A DNA stretch of 46,301 nucleotides from an uncultured bacterium (GTDB lineage: Bacteria > Hydrogenedentota > Hydrogenedentia > Hydrogenedentales > JAEUWI01): positions 1 through 46,301 of the forward strand of contig CAXBPH010000013.1 of assembly GCA_963977445.1 (NCBI GenBank), written 5' to 3'. The notes beneath the pieces were generated by a model that made no database searches, was not told where the DNA came from, and saw only the letters and a program-made list of their open reading frames with translations. Both the position numbers and the translations under genes were made by a program. Each line of letters opens with the position of its first letter. The first letter of the stretch is position 1. Shown here piece by piece: positions 29,180 through 37,927 of this stretch.

Positions 29180-30262
29180 TCAGGCCGACGCATTTTCATC
29201 CGATACAACTACTTCTACTACGCCCCCATCCTCCGCCACATCTATATCCACGTTCCACTGAATGACTTCATAGCTGCCGTCCGGTGCAAAGAGCAACACG
29301 GCCTCCACACGGTTGACAGAAACGTTCATGAGGTATTTTCGCTTCTCTACGGCATTCGCCGTACGATAGTTCGCTTCATCTACAAAACGGGCATATCGTC
29401 CTTCACAAATAATCCGAAAGCAGCGGGATTGAAAGCCGACGGACGAATCTACCGTAACCGCTTCTCCGGGTACCGTACGTACTTCTGCGATGGCCTGAGC
29501 CAAGGCGGCGGCCGTTAGAAAGGGCCCTTTGGCCTTAACCTGAGACGCCTGCTCCGGCGACAGATCGAGTACTGCTTCGAAGACGGCCGGCTCCGCCACA
29601 TTAATATTGAGAAAGCCAGCGGGACTATCGTTATCAAGCACCGAATAGGTGGTCAACAGGTCGGAGGCCGTGGCCGGGTCGAATTCGGTGTCTTTAAGCA
29701 ACCCACGGGAGGAGAGTTCGTCCAACTCCAGCAACCAGCTCGCCCCTTCGGCACTTCCCGCACGGGGCACACTGGCCGCAATCGTTCGGGCTGCGTCACC
29801 GGAGATGCCCATAACGCGCTGCAGAATGCTCGCGGGCGCATGGTTCACATTTACTTTGCCACTCTCGTCTACGATGGTAACGTTGACCCCTGCCAGCCGG
29901 GGTGCGCCCATCTCCTCTGCAACAATGGCCTCTTCGCCCGTAGTGACACCGCGATAGGTAGGCAATTCAATGTGGTAGGGCTCGTCAAAGCCGATGGGGC
30001 GTTTTTCGGGATTCAAAACGAATTGCTGTAGGCTCGCCGCTGCGATCTCTACACCGGCCGTAGAAAGTTGCCGGGCACGCTTTTCGCGCAATTCCAAATT
30101 CGATTTATCCAGCTCCAACTCCATATACCGCACGTAAGCCATACCCAACGCGGAAAATACCGCCAAGAGTACGATGGCGAAGAGCAGGGCCGTTCCACGT
30201 TGACCGTGGGCGGACGGGCGGAGCCTGAATGCAGACCCCATGTCAGTTTTTATAGCGTACAT
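29180..30262 (-). CDS. GspK/PilX-like minor pseudopilin
   Basis: QRG/TALLFAIVLL prepilin-like site lacking E5; DESGKVNVNHA and LNINVA GspK motifs. Confidence 0.8.
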   Translation of the reverse strand: MYAIKTDMGSAFRLRPSAHGQRGTALLFAIVLLAVFSALGMAYVRYMELELDKSNLELREKRARQLSTAGVEIAAASLQQFVLNPEKRPIGFDEPYHIELPTYRGVTTGEEAIVAEEMGAPRLAGVNVTIVDESGKVNVNHAPASILQRVMGISGDAARTIAASVPRAGSAEGASWLLELDELSSRGLLKDTEFDPATASDLLTTYSVLDNDSPAGFLNINVAEPAVFEAVLDLSPEQASQVKAKGPFLTAAALAQAIAEVRTVPGEAVTVDSSVGFQSRCFRIICEGRYARFVDEANYRTANAVEKRKYLMNVSVNRVEAVLLFAPDGSYEVIQWNVDIDVAEDGGVVEVVVSDENASA

Positions 30263-30270
30263 CGTATGGC

Positions 30271-30897
30271 TCACTTTGTATGGAGTGGAAATACGGCTTC
30301 CCGACAAACGTGCTCATTGGGTCGGTTCTTCAGCGCGAAACTCAGGCTTACCCGAACTGCCGCAGGCAATTCAGGACGCGTCCATTCTTTTTCCCAGGTG
30401 TTCTCATGGGTGAGGTAAGTAATATTCATGGCAACCACCTGCTCGCCCTTGACCTGCACACCGGCGGAGGGCTCCGTGCCATCTTCGGGTCCCTGGCTTC
30501 GCACTAATTTTGGGGCACCTTCCCGATCAATGGAATACATGACGGAAAGGGATTCCCAGGGACCGGTTCCACGATTGCGCTGGAAGACGGGCAAGATGAT
30601 GCGATCATCTTCGGGCTTATGTCGGTTTACCATTTTCTCGGTCTCGAGACGATCGATACCTTGTATCGTCCGTCCGGTGCGCTCGGCAGACGCCACGCGC
30701 TCTATGTCGTCGCGGATGGCATTGAAAATGTTTACGCTCTTGGCGTTCAGCTCCATGCGCACCGTGGTGTCACGCCAGACGGAGGTCATTTTCCCAAAGG
30801 TCTGCACGCCGATGGTGGTGACCACCGAAAGAATGGCCAGAACAGTGAGAAGCTCGAGCAAGGTAAAGCCATATCGGGCGGCGCTTTTTCTCATCAT
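30271..30897 (-). CDS. Prepilin-type N-terminal cleavage protein (GspJ/PulJ-like)
   Basis: YG/FTLLELL; C-terminal W...W...LPAAVRVSL typical of GspJ. Confidence 0.85.
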   Translation of the reverse strand: MMRKSAARYGFTLLELLTVLAILSVVTTIGVQTFGKMTSVWRDTTVRMELNAKSVNIFNAIRDDIERVASAERTGRTIQGIDRLETEKMVNRHKPEDDRIILPVFQRNRGTGPWESLSVMYSIDREGAPKLVRSQGPEDGTEPSAGVQVKGEQVVAMNITYLTHENTWEKEWTRPELPAAVRVSLSFALKNRPNEHVCREAVFPLHTK

Positions 30898-31436
30898 CAA
30901 TTCTCCACCCAATCGGGAACGACTGCAGAACGAGGTACGGCACTGGTGAGGGCGATATTTTCCATCTTGCCGGACTCCTTCCTCTGCACGTTTACGGTGA
31001 TTTCGAAATAGGCGCTGCGGGGCTCAGGCAATCGACCGTAGGCCGACCAGCGAAATTTATCGAACACGTTCGTTTCGCGTTTGAAAGAGGCATCTTCGGG
31101 GAGAAGGACGTTGGGAAGGGGCACCTTACGGCCCGCTCGCGGGTCTTCCGCATTGCGGCGCACCCGGAACAAACCCTGTTCGCTCGGGTTTTGATGGTCC
31201 CATACGTAAGCGGAAGGACTGGCCAGGACCTGAGCCAGTTCACTCTCGGCAATGGTTGCCGCCAGTTCACGGTGTTGGGCTAAGGCTCCCAAATCGGCAC
31301 TGGTCATGTAGAGCTTAAAGAGGATAGTGGTCGCAACGCTGATGACCGTCAGTGCGACAATCAGTTCAATAAGCGTAAATCCACGCCGATTACACTGATG
31401 TTGGCTTCCCCGGCTAGCATGGTGAATGGGTTGCAT
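30897..31436 (-). CDS. Prepilin-type N-terminal cleavage protein (GspI/PilV-like)
   Basis: RRG/FTLIELIVAL; its stop overlaps the next gene's start. Confidence 0.85.
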   Translation of the reverse strand: MQPIHHASRGSQHQCNRRGFTLIELIVALTVISVATTILFKLYMTSADLGALAQHRELAATIAESELAQVLASPSAYVWDHQNPSEQGLFRVRRNAEDPRAGRKVPLPNVLLPEDASFKRETNVFDKFRWSAYGRLPEPRSAYFEITVNVQRKESGKMENIALTSAVPRSAVVPDWVEN

Positions 31437-31535
31437 GAGACTCCTTCCCGCGCCATCGAGTACGGTGTATGCAGGCCTCGAATTCCTAGGTGCCGCCTGA
31501 TTCAGTAAGCGGTCTCCCAATAGGGTGTGAGACCT

Positions 31536-31565
31536 ATAGTATGCATAATTTCTTGGTTATGTCAA
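31536..31565 (-). promoter_or_regulatory. Sigma70-type promoter for the pseudopilin operon
   Basis: Minus strand reads TTGACA-N16-CATACT, or TTGACA-N18-TACTAT, about 100 bp upstream of the 31436 start in AT-rich DNA. Confidence 0.6.
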
Positions 31566-31857
31566 CATTAAAAAAAAGTGACAATAACTCGATTTAACCA
31601 TTTACAAACAATAAAATACTAAGATATTGACCTGTAATAGGCTTTAATACTACGAAAAATACACGTTATCGACAGGGCGAATAGTGTCGAAAACACGGTC
31701 TGAAGTTAGGGCCACCGAAGACACGTGTGGGACATATTTTCATTATTCTCCGCTGGAATATTCAGACATATATCCCCCGTGCGCTGCCCCTCCCCCCCCC
31801 CGTGTCACCGGGCGGAGCGCGCCCTCATTGATAGGCGGCCGGGGATACGTCCGGGGA

Positions 31858-33669
31858 CTACTCGTCCACCCCGCATTGGGCAAGCTTGAGGTAGAGGGTG
31901 CTACGACTTATGCCCAGGATACGGGCACTCTTAGCCCGGTTTCCATTGCAGTTGCGTAGTACTTTCAGGATATGTTCCCGTTCCAGTTCGGCCAGCGTTA
32001 CGAGGGGCCCGTCGTCGGACTTACTCAGCTGTCGAATATGGCCATCGCGCCAGATGTCTTCTGCTGAAATCAACGGGGTTGTCGTGCGGTGGGCAATACG
32101 CTCGATCGTATTTCGGAGTTGGCGAATATTGCCAGGCCAATGATATTCCGATAAGACCGTGCTCGCTTCCTCCGACAACACATGGAGCAGACGCTCATCC
32201 TCTGTCGCCATCAAGTCCATGAAATATTGTGCCAGTACCGGCACGTCGCCGGCGCGCTCACGCAAAGGCGCAGCATGGACGGCAAAACCAGCCAGTCGGT
32301 GGTAGAGATCGCTTCGAAAGCCCTCATCCTCTACCGAACGGTTGGTCGCAGCGACGAAGCGGATATCGACGTGCATCTCTTCCGACGCGCCAACCCGTCG
32401 ATAGGTTCCTTGCTCCAGCACGCGAAGTATACGGGCCTGATTTTCCGGACTGAGATCACCTACCTCGTCGAGAAAAAGGATTCCCCTATCGGCCATGGCC
32501 AATAGTCCGCTTCGAGACCCCTGGGCACCGGTGAAGGCGCCACGAACGTAACCGAAGAGCTCGCTCTCAAATAGATCCGGTGGAATGGCTGCACAGTTTA
32601 CAATTACGTAAGGCTTCTCCTTACGCGCACTGTTCCGGTGAACCGCCCGGGCAATGAGCTCTTTGCCCGTTCCCGTTTCACCCGTAATTAAGACGTTTAG
32701 CGGCGTGCGCGCCGCTTCATATACCATCGTTCTCAAGGCAACGAGGGCGGGACTGCGCCCCACAAGGGGCATCTTTTCTGATGCTTCCGCGTCGGAAAGC
32801 CGTCGATTCAGCTCCACCAGCTCTTCATGCTGCTTCGCGGCGTGCACATAGGGACCGACCAATTCACAGAGGGCGGAAAACAGGGTAAGCACCGTTTCCC
32901 GATCCCCCCCCGTGCCGAGGGAGCTCATTACGACCACACAACAGCCCAGGGCCGAATCACCGTGAAAAATTGGTGCCAGGAACACGTAGCGGGCTTCCAG
33001 GTCTTCGGTGGCTATCGTACAGGAAAATGCTTTTCGCTCTTCTTGTGATTTCTCAAGGGTTTCGACCTGAATTGCACATTCGAAATCCTCGCCCAAGGTA
33101 TCCTTGATACCCCAATCGCCGTCTACTTCCTCCAGAAAACGGGTGGTGCAGGGGCCAAATCGCCCGGCCAACACTTCCTGCAACTGGTTTGCCAGGGCGC
33201 TCCGGGTTTTCAGGTGACTACACACCCGGCAAAAACGAAAAAGCAGCACATAATCTGCAGAACTGCCAGGCCACGCGCCGTGCTGCTCGATCCCATCCAG
33301 GCCAATTTCATCCAGATTGATTGATATGGTCTCGGAGTCACGCTGCTTGTTTTCCTGCCCATTGCCTGCGGCCGCCACGGCGGTTACGAGGAAGACGGCA
33401 CGCCCCACACTGAACTCATCGCCCACCTGCAACACCACATCTTTTTCGGGGATGCCGTCGACCATTGCGGGATTCCGGCTGCCGAGATCTTCCAGCCGGA
33501 CACCATCCAGCACTTTCAGCACGCGACAATGCTGCCGCGACACGGTACCATCGTCAACCACAATATCGCATCGATACGATCGACCGATTGTGAGTGCCTT
33601 ACGGTCAACAACCCACGATGACCCACGGGTATAGCCTGCCTTAGCGGTTATCATGAACTGCACGGCCAT
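31858..33669 (-). CDS. Sigma54-dependent enhancer-binding protein with FHA and GAF-like domains
   Basis: FHA (IGRS, VSRQH, SRN), Walker A GETGTGKE, GAFTGA, LFLDEVG, WPGNIRQL and a C-terminal Fis HTH. Confidence 0.93.
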   Translation of the reverse strand: MAVQFMITAKAGYTRGSSWVVDRKALTIGRSYRCDIVVDDGTVSRQHCRVLKVLDGVRLEDLGSRNPAMVDGIPEKDVVLQVGDEFSVGRAVFLVTAVAAAGNGQENKQRDSETISINLDEIGLDGIEQHGAWPGSSADYVLLFRFCRVCSHLKTRSALANQLQEVLAGRFGPCTTRFLEEVDGDWGIKDTLGEDFECAIQVETLEKSQEERKAFSCTIATEDLEARYVFLAPIFHGDSALGCCVVVMSSLGTGGDRETVLTLFSALCELVGPYVHAAKQHEELVELNRRLSDAEASEKMPLVGRSPALVALRTMVYEAARTPLNVLITGETGTGKELIARAVHRNSARKEKPYVIVNCAAIPPDLFESELFGYVRGAFTGAQGSRSGLLAMADRGILFLDEVGDLSPENQARILRVLEQGTYRRVGASEEMHVDIRFVAATNRSVEDEGFRSDLYHRLAGFAVHAAPLRERAGDVPVLAQYFMDLMATEDERLLHVLSEEASTVLSEYHWPGNIRQLRNTIERIAHRTTTPLISAEDIWRDGHIRQLSKSDDGPLVTLAELEREHILKVLRNCNGNRAKSARILGISRSTLYLKLAQCGVDE

Positions 33670-33891
33670 ACAAACCCCTTCCCTGCCCTGCTATGCAGGG
33701 CGCTGCAACACCTCTCGCCCGGTGGCCAATGCGCCCAGCCTACCGTAGTCAATCCACCACCTGATGCGATATTCCCCGGCCGCTTTCGTACCCCAAGGAT
33801 TATTCTGTCGTCGCGATAATAGTGTGGAATTTCCTCATCCAGTATAGTACGCCAAGTCTGAGAAAGACGCAAAGACTTTAGTGGAAGGGCG

Positions 33892-33936
33892 GGTGTCCGA
33901 AGATCAGACACCTTGTCGTGTCCGAAAAACACACAC
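33892..33936. promoter_or_regulatory. Two tandem TGT-N11-ACA enhancer (UAS) palindromes
   Basis: GGTGTCCGA-AGA-TCAGACACC (33892-33912) and GTGTCCGAAAAACACACAC (33918-33936), 25-bp period, upstream of the divergent activator gene. Confidence 0.65.
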
Positions 33937-33990
33937 CACCACCAACCACTCCGTCAATATGACGAAACTCTGACAATTCAAGCACCGTGT

Positions 33991-34037
33991 TACCAGATAC
34001 TTACAGAATATTCACACTTTTGGCACACTTTTTTCTA
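33991..34037 (+). promoter_or_regulatory. IHF-like site plus sigma54 (-24/-12)-like promoter
   Basis: TACCAGATACTTA (1 mismatch to WATCARNNNNTTR) at 33991-34003. TGGCACACTTTTTTCT at 34021-34036 has a perfect -24 and a -12 of TC instead of GC. Confidence 0.5.
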
Positions 34038-34470
34038 TTACCAGCCAGCTTCAGTCTGGATTCTACTTCAGAGGGTGAAACCAAAACGAAGCCTCGCAGG
34101 GGTGATTGCGCTGTCGCCCCTGCGGATTTTAACTATTGCACCGGTCGCGTCAGGGCAGTTTACCGACGGCGACCCCGCAGGCGCAGTAAAGTTTAATCTT
34201 GCATCGTCCTTTGCTCCAGGACATTCGGAACGGAACCGCCCCTCCCCCAAGCCCGCCCGTGTGTCTTGGAGTTTTTTGTGTCCATCCCGGAGGGCATTTT
34301 CACAATAGACACCTGTCCGGGTTGAACGCTCCACGAAAATCCCGCATAATTAGCCCCCATATCGCCCGATGGCGATTCCCTGTGCCTGAACGCCCAATCG
34401 ACCTGTTTTCAAATTGGCGCTACCGGAGCGCAGGTAATTTTTCCTGTACGTCTGTTAGTCGGAATGTTGT

Positions 34471-35265
34471 ATGCCCATACATCCAACAGCAATTGTTCAT
34501 CCCAGCGCGGAGCTAGCTCCAGGCGTTGAGGTGCAAGCGTTTTCTATTATAGAAGAAGCGGTCCATATTGGATCCGGTTCTGTCATTGGCCCCCACTGCG
34601 TCATTGGCGCAGGCACCGTCATGGGCGAAAATAATCGCGCTTACAGTGGTGCGCAGATCGGGGTCGCCCCCCAGGATCTGAAACATAACCGGGAGCGAAT
34701 CGGACGAACCATTCTTGGTGACGGAAACATCATCCGGGAATTCGTCACGATCAGCTCCAGCACCGTTTATGGCGATGCCCCCGAGGAAGAAGACAAGGCG
34801 ACCCGGATCGGAGACCACTGTCTTCTCATGGCGACGTGCCACGTGGGACACGACTGCGTCCTCGGGAACCATGTGATCCTGGCCAATGGATCGCCCCTCG
34901 CTGGCCACGTGACGGTGCAGGACAAAGCCTTTATCGGTGGGCTCACCGGCATACACCAATTCTGCGTTATCGGCACCATGGCTTTTGTGGGCGGTATGGC
35001 CCGGGTAAACAAAGATGTGCTTCCCTATATGCTCTGTGAAGGGCATCCGGCGCGTTGCTTTGGCCCCAATGTCATCGGTCTGGAACGCAATGGCCTGTCG
35101 TCTGAGCAGATCAAGAGCATCCGCACCATCTACAAACTGCTGTATCGGTCCGAATTAAACACCAGCCAGGCAATCGAACGCATCCACTCCGATGTACCCG
35201 ATTGTGCGGAGAAAGACACCTTGTTGAACTTCATCGCCAACTCCCATCGCGGGTTGACGAAATAG
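34471..35265 (+). CDS. lpxA: Acyl-ACP--UDP-N-acetylglucosamine acyltransferase
   Basis: IHPTAIV hexapeptide repeats; PQDLK, IREFVTI, HVGHDC, LAGHV, HQF and NVIGLER motifs. Confidence 0.95.
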   Translation: MPIHPTAIVHPSAELAPGVEVQAFSIIEEAVHIGSGSVIGPHCVIGAGTVMGENNRAYSGAQIGVAPQDLKHNRERIGRTILGDGNIIREFVTISSSTVYGDAPEEEDKATRIGDHCLLMATCHVGHDCVLGNHVILANGSPLAGHVTVQDKAFIGGLTGIHQFCVIGTMAFVGGMARVNKDVLPYMLCEGHPARCFGPNVIGLERNGLSSEQIKSIRTIYKLLYRSELNTSQAIERIHSDVPDCAEKDTLLNFIANSHRGLTK

Positions 35266-35269
35266 AAGC

Positions 35270-35659
35270 ATGGTGGATTCCTCTGTCCAACAGTTGTTGG
35301 AACATGCGGCGGGCGCCTTTCAGCAAAAAGATTACGAGACGGCCCAGTCTCTGGCCAAACAAGCCTGTAAACGCGCTCCAGACAACATTGATGCCTGGGA
35401 TTTTTATGGCATGGCCAGCCAGGAATTGGGAGACACCGATTCCGCCGCTACGTCCTACAAAAAAGCACTGAAACTCGTCCAGCAGGCCTATAAGAAGAAT
35501 CCCAAAGACGGGAAAATGGCGCTGCGCCAGATCTTTCTGTTGATGCGCCTGGACCGAAAACAGGAAATAGAAAAACTTCTGACCCTGTTGCAAGAACGAC
35601 ATCCGGACAGCCCTGGACTGAAAAAACTGGTCGCTACCTATCGGCTGCGCCAAGGCTGA
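35270..35659 (+). CDS. Tetratricopeptide repeat protein
   Basis: TPR-like helices (A...F...DY..A, PDNIDAW..YG, A...YKKAL). Confidence 0.8.
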   Translation: MVDSSVQQLLEHAAGAFQQKDYETAQSLAKQACKRAPDNIDAWDFYGMASQELGDTDSAATSYKKALKLVQQAYKKNPKDGKMALRQIFLLMRLDRKQEIEKLLTLLQERHPDSPGLKKLVATYRLRQG

Positions 35660-35858
35660 ATCCCTTCCGTTGAACGGGATGAGAGGCTTCGGGTAGCATA
35701 AGGCAATCTGCGTGGGGCGCAGATTATAATTTCCCTCACACTACGCCGCCCGCTGACCGACGTCTTGGGACATCGCCTCGGCGAAAACCGCGCGCAATCG
35801 AATACAATAACCCCAATCTATTCACCCCGTATCGATCGGATCAGCAAGGACCTCCCAG

Positions 35859-36812
35859 ATGCCCCCAATTCGTACCGGTGTCGTTGGTGTCGGACACCTC
35901 GGATATCATCATGCCCGAAATTATGCGGCCCTCGATGGCGTCGAACTCGTGGGCATCGTCGACTCTAACGAGGCCAATCGAACCAAAGCCGCAGAAGACT
36001 TCACCGTTCCGGGCTTCAGCGACGTAAAGGGACTGGTTGCCGCCGGCGTAGATGCCGTATCGGTGGCCACCCCCACCGTGTTTCATGGTGAAGTGGTAAA
36101 CGAGCTGTTGCAGGCCGGTGTCCATGTGCTGGTCGAAAAGCCCATTGCCCCGACCCTTCACGAAGCGGAAACCATGGTCGCCCTGGCGCACACCCACAAA
36201 TGCATTCTACAAGTCGGTCACATCGAACGATTCAACGGGGCAGTTCTCGCCTTCTCGAAAGCCATCAAGGCACCCCGTTTCATTGAGTGTCACCGCCTGA
36301 GTCCCTTTCCCGGTCGCGGCACCGATGTCAGTGTTGTCCTCGATCTCATGATCCACGATCTGGACATTATCCTGGCCATGGAACATTCCGAGGTCATATC
36401 CCTTGATGCCGTAGGCGTGCCCGTCTTCTCAGAAAGTGAGGACATTGCCAATGTGCGCATTCGCTTCGCTTCCGGTTGTGTCGCCAATCTGACGTGCAGC
36501 CGTGTCTCCCTCGATCGCATGCGAAAAATTCGCATCTTCGAATCGAACGCGTATTTGAGCACCGACTACAGCGCCCAGGAGGTCATGGTCTATCGCAAGA
36601 AAGCGGGACCCATTCCCGTCGGCGAAAATCCCATGGAGCACATTTCTATTGAGGCCCTCCCGGTGGAAAAAGACGAACCGCTCAAACTGGAGCTTCGCTC
36701 CTTCGTCGACTGTGTCCGCAACAACACCCCACCGGTGGTGAGTGGCGAAGATGGCGTAAAAGCCCTGAAGCTTGCACAAGATATCATGGACTTTATTCGG
36801 GACCACGCGTGA
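35859..36812 (+). CDS. Gfo/Idh/MocA oxidoreductase, probably GnnA-like UDP-GlcNAc 3-dehydrogenase
   Basis: GVGHLG, VEKP, VGHIERFN and DLMIHDLD motifs; lies between lpxA and lpxB and overlaps the lpxB start. Confidence 0.85.
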   Translation: MPPIRTGVVGVGHLGYHHARNYAALDGVELVGIVDSNEANRTKAAEDFTVPGFSDVKGLVAAGVDAVSVATPTVFHGEVVNELLQAGVHVLVEKPIAPTLHEAETMVALAHTHKCILQVGHIERFNGAVLAFSKAIKAPRFIECHRLSPFPGRGTDVSVVLDLMIHDLDIILAMEHSEVISLDAVGVPVFSESEDIANVRIRFASGCVANLTCSRVSLDRMRKIRIFESNAYLSTDYSAQEVMVYRKKAGPIPVGENPMEHISIEALPVEKDEPLKLELRSFVDCVRNNTPPVVSGEDGVKALKLAQDIMDFIRDHA

Positions 36813-37927
36813 AAACAATCTACTTCGTAGCCGGGGAAGAGTCCGGCGATATCCACGGCGCCAATCTTATTCGCGCCCTCCAGGCCGAAATGGAATCGGT
36901 ACACTGTGAAGGACTCGGCGGTCAACGCATGGCCGCAGCGGGCATGACCCTTCACTACGATCTGGCGGGCGACGCCATCATGGGCTTCACGGAGGTGGTG
37001 AAGAAATTCTCCGCAATCCGCCAACTCTTTCTGAAGACCGTCGACCAAATCGCAGGTGCCCGACCCGACGCCCTGGTGCTCATTGACTACCCCGGATTCA
37101 ACATCCGATTGGCCAAACGCGTCCACGCCCTGGGCATTCCTATCATTTACTATGTGAGCCCCCAGGTTTGGGCCTGGAAAAAAAAGCGCATCCACACCCT
37201 CGCGCGCTACGTAGATAAAATGCTCGTCATCTTCCCCTTTGAAGAAGCCCTCTATGAGGCGGTCGGTTTGGATTGCGCTTATGTCGGCCACCCACTCCTC
37301 GATCATATTACCCATTTCGCGCCGCCGCTCGTTGACGAAAAGGCACCGATCATCGGATTGTTGCCGGGGAGCCGGGAGCAGGAAATCAAGCGACTCCTCG
37401 CGCCCATGATTGACATAGCGCGGGGCATTCAACAGACCCTGCCCGACGCCCGGTTTATCGCGCCGGTGGTCAATGAAGATCGGGCGGCACAGGCACGGGA
37501 GATCGTGAAAGACTTCCCATTGGACATTCGGGTAGGGGGCATGTACGATACCTTAAGTACGGCACGCTTCTGCATGGTCGCCTCGGGAACGGCCACCCTG
37601 GAAACCGCCCTCTTCGGCGTCCCCATGGTCATCATGTATAAAGTTACGCCCGTTACGTATTGGCTCGCACGGTGCCTGGTGGACATTCGCCATATCGGTA
37701 TAGTAAACATACTGGCAGGCCGTGAGATTGTCCCCGAGTTCATACAGGGCGATATAGAAACCGAACGAATCCTTCCGAAAGCACTTGCCCTTATCAACCC
37801 GACCCCCGAACGAGCACAGATGCTGAACGACCTTCAGGAAGTACACGCCATGCTGGGCGATGGCGGTGCCTCTGCCAAAGCAGCCCGGGAAATAATCAAC
37901 CTCATTGACGGAGTCTCCCATGCGTGA
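36809..37927 (+). CDS. lpxB: Lipid-A-disaccharide synthase
   Basis: AGEESGD, IDYPGFN, YVSPQVWAW, VGHPL, LPGSR and ASGTATLE motifs. Confidence 0.96.
   Translation: MKTIYFVAGEESGDIHGANLIRALQAEMESVHCEGLGGQRMAAAGMTLHYDLAGDAIMGFTEVVKKFSAIRQLFLKTVDQIAGARPDALVLIDYPGFNIRLAKRVHALGIPIIYYVSPQVWAWKKKRIHTLARYVDKMLVIFPFEEALYEAVGLDCAYVGHPLLDHITHFAPPLVDEKAPIIGLLPGSREQEIKRLLAPMIDIARGIQQTLPDARFIAPVVNEDRAAQAREIVKDFPLDIRVGGMYDTLSTARFCMVASGTATLETALFGVPMVIMYKVTPVTYWLARCLVDIRHIGIVNILAGREIVPEFIQGDIETERILPKALALINPTPERAQMLNDLQEVHAMLGDGGASAKAAREIINLIDGVSHA

Noticed and set aside
34415..34432. Second sigma54 promoter before lpxA (TGGCGC...GAGC)
   Set aside because: The GG-N10-GC spacing fits, but the -12 element lacks TTGC; likely chance in GC-rich DNA.
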